From contig JALMLS010000461.1 in the NCBI GenBank assembly GCA_038496445.1, positions 186,001-250,000 on the forward strand: a DNA stretch of 64,000 bases. The letters run 5' to 3'. Position 1 is the first letter of the stretch; each line of letters opens with the position of its first letter. Positions 50,731 to 62,404 of this stretch are shown in pieces. Source of the stretch: Trichosphaerium sp. ATCC 40318 (Eukaryota; Protista; Tubulinea). A model generated the notes under the pieces. That model searched no databases. It was not told the origin of the DNA and saw nothing but the letters and a program-made list of their open reading frames with translations. The position numbers and the translations under genes are program-made.

Positions 50731-53276
50731 TCAAATTTCTTTATGGTTAGTGTGTTTCGTTACCTCATTATTGTCTTCTAGAAGACTAAAATCTTGCACT
50801 GTATCCAAGTGTTCTGTGAATAAATCTGTGACTTCTTGTCTGAAACCAAATGTATTAAAGAATGGTTCTAAAGGTTGAGCCAAGAACTTTTTTTTCTTCT
50901 CCTCTTTTTCATCATCCAACGCCCATTCCTTTTCTTTTTTAAGTAGTTAGAACCTTTGGCAGCTATACTCGTTTACTTTTCATACCTTTTAAAGCTTGAG
51001 CGTTATCTTTAAGAGCAATACTAGCGCTTGACTTGAGCCTTTCAAATTCTTTGTCCAAAACACCATCATAGTTTTCAATTGCTTTTTCAGCCTTCTCAAT
51101 GCGTATTTTATCGGCAATAGTGATCTTAACCTTTGGTTCTTTAATTGAATTCAACACTTCTGATGTTGAGAGTCTCTTAAATTGTCTAACAGTCGTGATA
51201 TGCTTGGAAATCTTATCAACAATCTCTTTACGAACTTTACACTATGGTAATAGTTAGTTGTGATACCAACAATCTACAACAAGCACGTGTACCTTTGTTA
51301 AAAAGTTATCTATTGGAGATGCAAGATCTAGACGGTCACCACCAACATGGTTTGCACTCTTGAGTATGCATGCTTTGTTAGCTGTAAGAGATGCAGATAT
51401 TTTTTCTTCTATCTTGCATTGCCTCAAATACCCAACTAAAGCAGCACAAGATATGTTCTTTCCTTCCAAGTGTTTAGTGAGGGTATCACACTCTTTGTCC
51501 GTTGCCTCGGGAAAATACTTTCTGAATAAACTTCGTTGTTGTGAATCATCAGACCAATCAAGTTTGATGTGATGATTGAAACGTCCAACTCTTAAAAAAG
51601 TAAGAAAAAAAATTGTGTTGAGGGGTATACCGTATAAGTGCTTCGTCAAGGTTTTCGTATCTGTTTGATGTAGCAACCACAATTGGTCCATCTTTGTTCG
51701 CTGGTCCATCAAGAGCAACTATATAGACGTTTAGCTCATAGTATAGCAATGAGAAAAGTGAAGTACATACGAAGTAATCCTCCAAGAGAAACTCTGCTAG
51801 AATGTTTCTTTGAAGTATCTTTCGAAAAATCATCTCGTTTTGGACAAACGACATCTATCTCTTCTATTGCTATCAAAGTTCTCGGATTTATACGACCAAA
51901 CATTCCTTGAAAAAACAAAGACTAAGAAAAAAACAAAGATTTCATAACGGGTTCACATACTCAATAACCTAGAGTCGTTCAATGTTCCAGCAGTTAAGCT
52001 TACAAGTATTATATCATACCTTAAGGTATTTATTGTTAGTGAGTGCACGTGTTCGGTTAAATAGTCACGTACTTTAGGAACCCAGCAATAAAACCTAGAA
52101 GCATAGTTTTGCCAGTGCCTGGGGGACCTACTAGTAGTATACTCTCACGATGATTCTGATTATGTTGCTTCCACATCTCTACAGTAAGAAAAAAAGGTAA
52201 ACAATTTCATAAAACAAACTGTAGGTATTACCAGGGTGATACTTGAAGTTTGTTAGAATCTTCATAATATTGGTTTTTACGCTGTCTGCGAGTATGATGT
52301 TATCTAATGTAGAAACACGTGGTTTTGTTACAAGTCGTCTTTGACCACTCCAGTCAGGTTGCCTATAAATGTTAGCTTGTTTTAATTGCCTTTGACGGTC
52401 TTACCAGATGATTGTTTTGTTTGGATTCTTATTTTTTTCGTAAGTCTCTCCTGCTTCATTCAATACTTTTGAGAAAACGTCAGAGTTCCATCTGAATGTT
52501 GAAAGGGTAATAGTATGAATCTAATGATAAAATACATAAGAGTTCTTACTATCAAAGATAGTTATTAACGCACACTGCCAGGTTGATTCTCCCACCCAAT
52601 ACCATGCTGAAGTTGTTCTTTCTTAATATCGATCCATAAATTAGCACCATTGTAAGATATCATATAGCTCCCATCGTCAGGTTGAAAAACAAGATTCATG
52701 TCATCTTCTGGGATACCTGCCAAAAAATTAAAAATATAAATGCAATTTAACAAACAATTGAACGTACTTTCGTCACTCCAGTAATATTCTGATGTCTCTA
52801 CTTTTATACTAGAATTACTTACTTTATCTTTGTAATTATGCGAAAGCCAGAAGCACAATCGATCGTATACAGGGCCATCATCATTACCATTTGTAACCTA
52901 ACAAACACTTTTAGAAAAAAAAGTCAAGCAAGCTAAGGTAAAACGAACAGTGAGCGAAGATATTATGCCCCATTCTCCAACAATATGCTTCCAACAGAAT
53001 TTAAACGTTGAGTGAACTGCATCTTTCATATAATACAGAATTCCCATAACAACAGCGCTTCTAAAGATAGTCTCTTTCATCATTTCATTTGAAAATGAAA
53101 AAACTACTGATGAGTATGCACGCAGTATAGCCATAGTGCTCTATAACATCTTAGTATTTCATATTGGTATTATCGCCATAGGTACGTACAACGATAAATA
53201 CTGCAGCCCCTGCGTATATGTAGTACTGGATGTTGTTGACATCACCATCAAGATGACTGCTCTTCTTTTCAGACAT
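50731..53276 (-). CDS. BCS1-like AAA+ ATPase, multi-exon
   Basis: N-terminal hydrophobic segments, ILLVGPPGTGKT (Walker A), IAIEEID (Walker B), VSLGGLL..LDG, ATSNRYENLDEALIRVGRF. Confidence 0.85.
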
Positions 53277-53873
53277 TTCTCTTTGAAGGTTTGAAACGTG
53301 TTTGGTTTCTTATTTTATAGGTACAAGAACCATTTAATATTCCTTGAAGTATGGGATAAAACTTAGAATAAACAGACCTACGTCATCGAAAAAGTTCCAC
53401 ATGATAGCAAAATTGCGAAAAAGATTAAAAAAACAATTGTGTTGCACATTTTTTTTGAAATTGTTACAGATATTACTTAAAAGTATGTGTAAGTACCTTG
53501 TAAGCGCCACTATTTGAGTTCATTTAATGTCACGAGGAGCATCATTTGCAGACCAAGAGAAAGCTGGAGCATGTAACGCGATTTTCGGCATGGTAAAAGC
53601 GTTGGGTTTCCGTATGTTTACAAAAGACCTTGATTGCACCTACAACACAACAATCTCACTAAGTCCATCGTAAGTAAACATGTATTATCAAACATGCCAA
53701 ATTATACCTGTTGATGCTTTCCCTGTTTGAATGGTGCCAACACTGTAAAACCTATTCGAGCACAAGAGAACAAGTTAACAGTACACGCCACTTTGAAGCG
53801 AATGTTGAACGCCAAAACACGTGATTTCTGTTGAATGCAACCTTTTCGCCAAATAGAAGCCCAAAATGTAGTT

Positions 53874-54951
53874 TTAGAACACGGAAATTCATTTGCGATC
53901 TATCAGACGTGAAGTCGTCGATGATACGCTATATCTGCTTTCAGGGGTACACTCAATCAATCTTTCGCGTTGTGAATACATAACAGATTACGGCATCAAA
54001 GCATTAGCCGGTGTACACAAAATCAATTTAGGAGGTACAAATGTGACAGATGAAGGTTTGAAAGCTTTGGCTGGCGTACACACTATTTTGTTGTATAGCT
54101 GCGATGGTATTACAGATAAAGGCGTTATCTGCTTGGCAGGTGTACATACAATTGACTTGTGTCAGTGTAGATCAATAACAGATTCAGGTATCAAGGCATT
54201 GGCTGGTGTACATACAATTATGTTATCATGTACAAATGTAACTGATGAAGGTTTGAAAGCTTTAGCTGGTGTACACACTATTTCGTTGTCTAGTTGCAAT
54301 GGTATTACAGATAAAGGTGTTATCTGCTTGGCAGGTTGTTATCAGATTATGTTACTATCTTGTCAATCAATAACAGATGAAGGTTTGAAGGCATTAGCTG
54401 GAGTACACACTATCAACTTGTGGAATTGCGGTAATATCACAGATGAAGGCATTAAGCCATTAGCTGGAGTTTATAACATTAATATTGCCGGTTGCCGGAG
54501 AATAACAGATGAGGGCATAAAGGCATTAGCAGGTGTACATGAAATTGAATTAACTAATACGAGTGTGTCAGATGAAGGCTTGAAGGCATTGTCAAGCGTA
54601 CATACTATCATCTTGACAGAATGTGAGAGAATAACAGATGAGGGTGTAAAAGCATTGAGTCGAGTTCATACAATTGATTTAATGTCTACTAATGTGACAA
54701 GTGAATGCCTAGGGGCACTATCTGGGGCACACAAAATTTCACTTACACTTTGTCGAGGAATAACAGATGAAGGTTTATCAGAATTGGCAGGTGTACATAC
54801 AATTAATTTAGCACATACTTCAGTAACAGATGAAGGCATTGGAGCACTAGCAGGAGTTCACACAATCAACTTAATAGGCACAAGTGTGACAGATGAAGGG
54901 TTGAAAGTGTTGGCTGGTGTACCTTGTCTATATTACCACCGGATAAACTAA
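53874..54951 (+). pseudogene. LRR paralog 5, 5'-truncated (no F-box, no ATG); LRR frame open
   Basis: Similarity to paralog 1 starts abruptly near NTEIHL...DDTLYLLSGVHSI; the ORF-track start is TTG; about 15 LRRs. Confidence 0.7.
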
Positions 54952-55320
54952 GAATATAATATCAACATCCATAAATAAATACATATCACGTTACACTGAG
55001 CCTTATTTCCTTGTGTTGCCCTTAAGGGGGCACGCTGAGAAAGGAATGACCTTAGCCCCACGGGCATCTTCGGGCTTTAAACCCATCTAAAATCGCGTAA
55101 AACGCTGAAAAAATATGATAGCGAACTGTGTAGATTGATTACTTGATTTCAAAGCCCGAAATGTCATTTTTTTTCTCAACTTTTTGACCTTAATTACACG
55201 GATTTGAAACAACTTTTAAAGTTATTCATCCGCTATTGCACCACTTGGAGACGCATTTTAGGTGGTGTAGAGCAAATTCGGTATTGTTCTGCGTTAATAA
55301 CAATACTATTGTAGGGTATA

Positions 55321-55795
55321 CAAATAACTAATTTATTTCTAAATTAAGCGCAATCAATCTACATGTGTGGATTATTTATCAAAACATTGTTGCATCTTTA
55401 GATTGATTTGGGTATTGGCGACAAAACACTAAATTTATTACTAAATTGGCAACTAAATCAATCTTGGGTATTGGCGACAAATAGCTAATTTATTTCCTAA
55501 TTAAGCACAATCAATCTACATGCATGGATTATTTATCAAAACATTCTCGCATGTATTGATTGAATTTAAAGTATTGGTGACAAATAACTAATTTATTTCC
55601 AAATTAAGCGCAATCAATCTACATGCGTGGATTATTTATCAAAACATTCTTGCATGTATTGATTGAATTTAGAGTATTGGCGACAAATAACTAATTTATA
55701 TCTAAATCAGGACTATTTATGTCTAAATTGGGTATTAGTTATCAAAACATTGTCGCATCTTTAGATTGATTTGGGTATTGGCGATAAAACACTAA
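55321..55795. repeat. Tandem array of ~103-bp hairpin-forming units inside element B
   Basis: Full units start at 55321, 55478 and 55581, plus partial units; CAATCAATCTACATGC...GCATGTATTGATTG inverted arms (clearest in units 2 and 3) and a GTATTGGCGACAA box. Confidence 0.9.
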
Positions 55796-56229
55796 TATTT
55801 ATCCTTATTAGGACAAGGTGTATAAGGGTATATGGTCCGCCGGATTTATTCCTTTAGCGGTCCCCAACAGATTTACATATCTGTCAGGAACTCTTACAGA
55901 GAAAATAGTTTTGTTGTTATAAGTGTGAGATACAAAATTTCTTCTCTCCGTCGGTATGATTCATATTCCATTTTGTTTTTGATAATTTTGTATTTGCTTT
56001 TGTAGTTATTTTCATGTTTTTGTAATTTAGATTGTTTGGTTGTGGGTACGGGTGGGTGCTATCGTAGGATTGCGGAAACGTTGTTACGTTCAAGGAACAA
56101 AAGGGCTTAAGAATATCGTATTGTTAAGCACTTTGAACAATACCTACAATAAGTTAAGTACCATTACTTACACACATAATAACACTAATAGCAGAAAACT
56201 AAAAATAGAAATAAAAACCAGTTGTTTAT

Positions 56230-56613
56230 TTAAGTGAGAATACAATCACGCATTTGTACTTTAATACCAGCAATAATACAAGAATGTCCACGGCATTGGC
56301 CATTTCTCTTACACCATCTTCTTGAACTGTTAACTTTACCAGGCTCCAAGACAATGTGATCTGGGTTAGTACAAAAGGTACAATGACACAAGTGTGATGC
56401 ATCTACTAAAGTACGGGCCAAACCCGGATACCATAAGTAGTTGCCATCAAGCCCTTTGTCAAACAAAGTAATGCCCTTCTCCACATATAGAACTGTATGG
56501 GCTAGATTGAAAAGTCTGCTCATTTTTCTGGTTCTAAATACAGCACGGAGGTACCCTGCACTAGTGGTTGACCCTCTGGTGCACAATTTGCACCCGGTAT
56601 CTAGAATATACAA
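56230..56613 (-). CDS. His-Cys box (His-Me finger) endonuclease-like protein, main exon; start exon unresolved
   Basis: TGCK...AGYLR...AHTV...VDASHLCHCTFCTNPDHIVLEPGKVNSSRRWC...QCRGH...DCIL. Confidence 0.82.
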   Translation of the reverse strand: MYILDTGCKLCTRGSTTSAGYLRAVFRTRKMSRLFNLAHTVLYVEKGITLFDKGLDGNYLWYPGLARTLVDASHLCHCTFCTNPDHIVLEPGKVNSSRRWCKRNGQCRGHSCIIAGIKVQMRDCILT

Positions 56614-57632
56614 TAAGTTTCTGAGTGATTACTTTGGTTGCTTTGTTAAGGTATACGCTTAAGCACACACACAATAACCCTAATAGTGACGCATTTGAAT
56701 ATGGATTTATACTTCAACTTGTAAAGGATTGGGCCTTGAGCTGTTTGTAGTTGTAGTTTTATCAATCTCAATATGGTTAAGCACGTGTACTTAAAATGAA
56801 ATAGCCCGTATCAATATAACTCAGTGATTGATTATGCATTGTTGGTTAAGGACATCAACTTAAAGTGAAATAGCCCATATCAAAGTACAACTTTTCAATC
56901 ACCTTCAGAATCTGATTAAGGATGTGTACTTAAAACGTAATGACTCTAATGGTGGCAAATACAACATTGGTTGTTGGCGAGGGTTTTAAACAATCTAATT
57001 TGTAATTGTAAACGCTTTTGGAATCAATCTGGTAACTGTGTTAAGTAGGTGAACTTAGATCGTAATAGCAACAATCAATCTAGATAAAGTGCATTAAGGA
57101 TGTGTGCTTAAAGTGTAATAGCAACAATAGTTCCACTACGTACTTCGTACTACGTAGAACAATGTAACATTATTTTTTTTTGCTTTCAAATTGAGACTTT
57201 TTATTGAAAGTGTACCCATAGCATGTACTACGTGTGTAGATGCTATGGGTAACGTAGTTTTGAACAAATGTGCTTTTAAACAGAAAGATTGAAAAAATGC
57301 AGTTGTTTTTTGAAAAAACTTTTGCAACAAAAAAACCTCACAAAAAGGCACACGCTAAAAGTTGGGTTTTTCAAAAGCCCTCATGTCAAAGATATAGGCA
57401 CGAAAATTTGAGCCGATTTGAACAATTTCTGCACATCTCAGCGTGCCCCCTTAAGTTTATATCAAGTTAGACTAAATGAAGAAATATTGTTTAAGAAAGA
57501 ATCCAACTTGTCAGGTTGTAAGGCACCCGGACAAGCTCGGTAGGCTCTAATTGCTTCTTTCACTGAAAATGGGTCAATTTGAACAAATACCCAACCAAAA
57601 CGACCCAATACCCATATTCGTAGATGAAACAA

Positions 57633-57998
57633 ATGAATATAACAACTCTACTCTATATACTAGCAATCACAATAACTTCAGTACGTTTTTGTTCAGGTTT
57701 GTTTCGATTGGTAAACAATACGTGTACGGTTGCTTATACTGTACGTTTATAGGTTCTAGCACAAGATGCATCCGCTGGAGTACCTTGGTGGGGTTTTCTA
57801 CTCATCGTTGTGGGTTTATCCTGCCCAATATGTGGTTTCGTTACAATTGTTTGCGTGATGGTATGCCTGACTAGAAGAAGAAGAGTAAAAGAGGAAGATA
57901 TTGAATGTACTGTATCTGTAGTACCCCCAGAAGTCGAATACGCTGACGAACTAGAAATGGAAGCGGATGTAGACTCACCATACGCAGAAGTTCACTAA
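57633..57998 (+). CDS. Small single-pass membrane protein of unknown function
   Basis: Signal-like MNITTLLYILAITITS|VLA, TM segment WWGFLLIVVGL...VMVCLT followed by RRRR, acidic tail. Confidence 0.6.
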
Positions 57999-58053
57999 AA
58001 AGGCTGAAACAAATCGAAAATGGTTTCAAACTAAGGCAATTGCGTAAGTCTAC

Positions 58054-59934
58054 TGAAACGTTAAAGGGCACACGAAAGATGAGAATACGTGTAAGAAAGA
58101 CGTGGCCTTAGTTGTAGGATAATAGCGTAATTTATTAGTGACATACGTAATACATTCAGAGAATACATTTGTGTATTTCGTCAAAGTTCACAATGAATAT
58201 CTTCGTGGAAATACTTGGAAAGAATGCATACTGAACATGGTGACGTTGCATGTTACATTTTCCCCCAGGTTAGAATGAAGTCGGTGAAAGATAAAACAAT
58301 CACGTGACTTTAGGTGAAAAATGCGTCAAAGTCATCGTTGATCATCTTGAGAGCTTGAGTCAGTCCTTTGAGTCCTTTGGATGACTTGATCAACTTGATA
58401 GCCTTGTGACGTTCTCTATGAGTAGAGAACATGTTTATATTTGATTTGAGCTGTTCTTTGTAAGCACGAATGTTGGGATACTTGGTGCTTTTGCTGAGAG
58501 TATCATACGAATCTTGGAATAACTTTCTTAATGGTTCTTCTTTGTTGTTATTCTTCTTGTTAGTGTTCTTCTTGTCGATTGTAATCTTCTTAGGTACTAT
58601 TGTCGGTCTTACCCCCTTGGTTGCATCATTGTTGGTCTTAGATTGCGTTTGTATTGATTGCTGTTGTGTCTTCTGAGCTGTTGAAGTTACCAATTGATCA
58701 ACATCAGTGTCTTCAAATATATAAACAGGAGCATCAAATGGTCGTAAATTAGAGGTAAAATAAGGTCTGAGACGTTTAACTGAGATCCAGCTTTCTTGTT
58801 TGAGAATAGTGCCATCGAGTTCTTGAGCGTATATGATAAATTAATCTTAGCGTGGGTCGTAGTTTCTTCTGTTGAGGAGCACTTGAACTGTCAAATAGAT
58901 AAACAGAAGTACTAAATGATAGGTTAAAGGTATTTAACTGAGATCCAGATGTCTTAAACCATGAAATGTTTGTTTTAAGCGTTTAATGTAAATAGTAGCG
59001 CTTGAGTTGAGTTCACCAATAAAGGTGTAATACTGAAAGAATACATCACCTCTGGTTGCAAGTCAGTTGAAATGTATTTAGTAATATGATAAAGATATGG
59101 GGATGGGGATGGGGATGGGGATGGGGATGGGGATGTGTGTGCTTTTCTTTTGATTTATGTTTGCTTTGACGGACTAGTATGTCTCAGCTGTCAAAAGACA
59201 AATTAGCACAGAGTTGTTTAATATGTGTAACCCATAGTCAGTATTGAAACCGTAATGTCTTGAGTGTAATTGAAGATATCTTTGGGTATTAGGTTATGAG
59301 CCTTTTGTGATCCATGATTGCTTATGAAGCTGCGTGAAATAATTTGAAGTTCAAAATGTTTGTATATCCTTTATAACCTGAAATATGGAGTATGGACGAC
59401 AGTGAGCACCATTTGCTATTTGATGACACCTCTCCTTTGAGCATGGACTCCAGTAGCTTTCTTGTCACTTCAGCGTCCTGATGTGAGCCTGGTGTGTTGT
59501 TTGCCGGTATGGACATCAAGAATATGCATTTCATTTCTTAGCTTGAATACTAGCACATGATCATAAATTATAAAAGGACATGAATTGTTGCAGCATGGCT
59601 GCTTTATCGACCATATGATTGGAATAGCGCTGGCTGGTGATAATCCAGCGCATGCTGTTATTTAAGTGATCCATTGAAACTATCGTAATACATCGTGGTC
59701 ATGAAGGTTGTGTGCAGTGTAAGTTCAAAATCTGTGTATGTCGCCAAATGAAACGTTAAAGGAATACGTGTAAGAAAGACGTGGCCTTAGTTGTAGGATA
59801 ATAGCGTAATTTATTAGTGACATACGTAATACATTCAGAATACATTTGTGTATTTCGTCAAAGTTCACAATGAATATCTTCGTGGAAATACTTGGAAAGA
59901 ATGCATACTGAACATGGTGACGTTGCACGTTACA
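58054..59934 (-). mobile_element. Internally deleted LTR retrotransposon (TRIM-like, 1.9 kb)
   Basis: LTRs 58054-58257 and 59749-59934 with TG...CA ends; 5-bp TSD TCTAC; minus-strand PBS-like TGGCGACA next to 59748; polypurine tract GGGGGAAAA next to 58258. Confidence 0.92.
59096..59135. repeat. (GGGGAT)n microsatellite inside the LTR element
   Basis: About six tandem GGGGAT units. Confidence 0.9.
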
Positions 59935-60115
59935 TCTACGATTAACAGGGCCTTTTTAAAGACAGACAAACAAGGAACGTAAAGGGACCTTTACGCGCGT
60001 AAACACATTGTAAATAATTACCACAAAAAATGAAAATAAAAAAAATCTTTTCTTCGGGTTTGTTTTAAAGTACACATAAAGTCTCCTGTTTACTGCAAAG
60101 AAAGTAGAATTTCTA

Positions 60116-61332
60116 TCAACCCAATTTAAATCCAAGAGTTACTCCTATTACTATCATCATTATAATCACAAATCCAAGGTATGTCTTCAATACAGCAACG
60201 AAACTAAGGCAACAGTTAACCCAAAAAAAAAATTTAATTTGAAAAATTGATTTCGTACTTTGGAAATTTACCGTGAATCATCATTGCTAATGTCAAAGTA
60301 ACTGTATTCCATCGTGTATTTCCTACGCGGTGTATAAGCATTAATTTATGGCAACAAAGGGGAACACCAAAGGCAGAAATTTTACCAACAAATAAAAAAA
60401 TGGTTGGCTTGTTAATACCACGTGCCTTTAAAGTTCAAATTATTGAGTGCCATGGCAACGTGATCATGGCAATTATTACTGTAATAAGTCAATTTTATAA
60501 TACGCATAATACCACACGTGTACTAAATCATAACAAAACGTACCATAGTAGGTTATGCTAAAAGATACAATTAGTATTTGTGTAGACAAAAAAAAAAAAA
60601 GAAAAAAGACATTAACTAACCATCATCTGATCATATTCTTGAGAGCTATTCTCTATAGCAGCATCCCATGCTTCTGGACCAGATTCACCCTCCGCATTTT
60701 GAAAATTTACACCAGCGATGTGCCAATACCTAAACAACTCATAAATTTCGTTTGTTTTTATAATCTACTGACAACACTCCGAAACACTTTAAAAACCAAC
60801 ACAGCTTATGCCGAGGGTGACTATATTTAAGACATTCACCACAACGTTCAGCTCAAATAGTTGGTATTAGTGAGCTCGCTTGATTTTTCGTTTGGTATTT
60901 GGGCACGGGACAAGTTTCTGTAAGTCAGGCACGCAAACACATAAGACGTACTTTGTTACATAGCCAAAACCCATTCTTTTTTTGTTTCTGTTTACATAAT
61001 ATGGACCGGCAAAGTCGTGAATTACACCTACAAATGCCATCAATGGTCGTACACCTAGTTGGAAATTCACGAACCGTCGCTTGTAACTATTCCCAAGTGG
61101 CCAATGAATGGTAAAAGCCACCTACAGCTATAAGTAAAGTTTATCGCTTCAATTGAATTTTTTGTACGATAATACTGGCAATGGCATCCAAACTATGCCT
61201 AAAAAATATTTTAGAATACTACAACGCATTTGAAGGCACACTCATTGGAAAATGGCGTTTATTAGGTTGAATATTTATTGTAATCTCGTCATTACTCATC
61301 AGAATTGGCGTTGATGATTCTGTGGCGCTCAT
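60116..61332 (-). CDS. TMEM222/RTE1-family membrane protein, multi-exon
   Basis: IVWMPLPVL, GVIHDFAGPYYVN...MGFG, WDAAIE, NNCHDHVAMALN, hydrophobic C-terminus. Confidence 0.85.
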
Positions 61333-61357
61333 ATTATCACTGCGAAGCCTGTTTTGC

Positions 61358-62008
61358 ATGATAACGGCCGTTTCGTTAAGTCAGGTATTTTTTCTGTTTA
61401 AGCAACTACACAACAGATTTCTAAACGGTCATTCCGTACTGGCACAATTTCGTCTTTACGCCACGTAACGAGGATAAGTAGGAGAAGCTACGCTTCTTTT
61501 ACGCAGTTTCAGGCAAGTATAACAAATTTTGCGCAGAAGACAAAATTATCTATTCCCAAGCATACAATAAATTAATTGGAGCGTATGGGATTAAATTTAG
61601 CCATAAATTCACCAATCCGTTAAATAACTGGCTGATGCTCAGGGCTTTGATAAAATACCCAAATGGTCCGTTAGAAAGGCATTCGCGAAAGAAAGCGTCA
61701 AAAAACAATTCTCACCGGACGATCTGACGCGAATCACTCGCCTTTCACTTCTAGAACCCACAAGCGCGGAAAAAACCAAACTGGCAAACGAAATTGATGA
61801 CGTACTACACTACGTATCATCAATAACGCAAGTAGCAACAGAAAAAGTTGAACCACTCCGATCTGTTCTCGAAAACTGCTCACTGTACCAACACAATGAT
61901 AACGCAAACGACCTTGCTAAGTTCAAGGATTTTCCACCCATTTTGAAGAATGCGAAGCAACGAAAAGGGTCATTCTTTATTGTACCAAAAGTTATCGGCG
62001 ACGCATAA
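61358..62008 (+). CDS. gatC: Glu-tRNA(Gln) amidotransferase subunit C, probably mitochondrial
   Basis: Arg/Ser-rich presequence; DLTRITRLSLL...LANEIDDVLHYVSSITQVATEKVEPL...ILKNAKQRKGSFFIVPKV. Confidence 0.8.
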
Positions 62009-62404
62009 AAACAACAACAGAATACACAAACGCGCTTATATAACAAGTATAATATAAAAACCAGTGTCAACAAAATTACATCGTCGCTGCACTACACCAT
62101 GAATTTTTCGAGCACGCAAACACCCAATATTATGCGTATACCATGCCCCCGTCCTCAATAATTTTTTTTCAAATATTTCTGAGGGTGGTTTTTTTCAGGA
62201 CGCTCACTTTTTTGAAAACATGCGAAATTTAAAAAAATTCATCTCCAAAAAAATTCCGAATCTGCTCGTCTTCGGACTTTGCTCATAACGTAATTCGTAT
62301 AAACAGCAATAATACGAGAAAAAACAAAAGAGAAGAAGTGTACGTAGGGTTTATAGAACAAGGACGAGGATACTCCTCGGGATTTTTTTGGTTTTTTTTT
62401 AATT

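Larger units (their letters stand above)
55026..57450 (-). mobile_element. TTAA-flanked Kolobok-like element B (2425 bp) carrying a His-Me finger endonuclease gene
   Basis: Perfect 15-bp TIR GGGGGCACGCTGAGA / TCTCAGCGTGCCCCC; TTAA at 55022-55025 and 57451-57454. Confidence 0.9.

Noticed and set aside
4697-54951. Diversity-generating retroelement acting on the LRR genes
   Set aside because: No reverse transcriptase or template/variable repeat pair, and changes are not visibly adenine-specific.
55321-55795. CRISPR array
   Set aside because: Units are near-identical along their length with no unique spacers, there are no cas genes, and the context is eukaryotic.
55026-57450. piggyBac assignment for the TTAA elements
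   Set aside because: Ends are 5'-GGG...CCC-3', the opposite of piggyBac CC...GG, and no piggyBac transposase is present.
59096-59135. Telomeric repeat
   Set aside because: Only about six units, internal to an LTR element.
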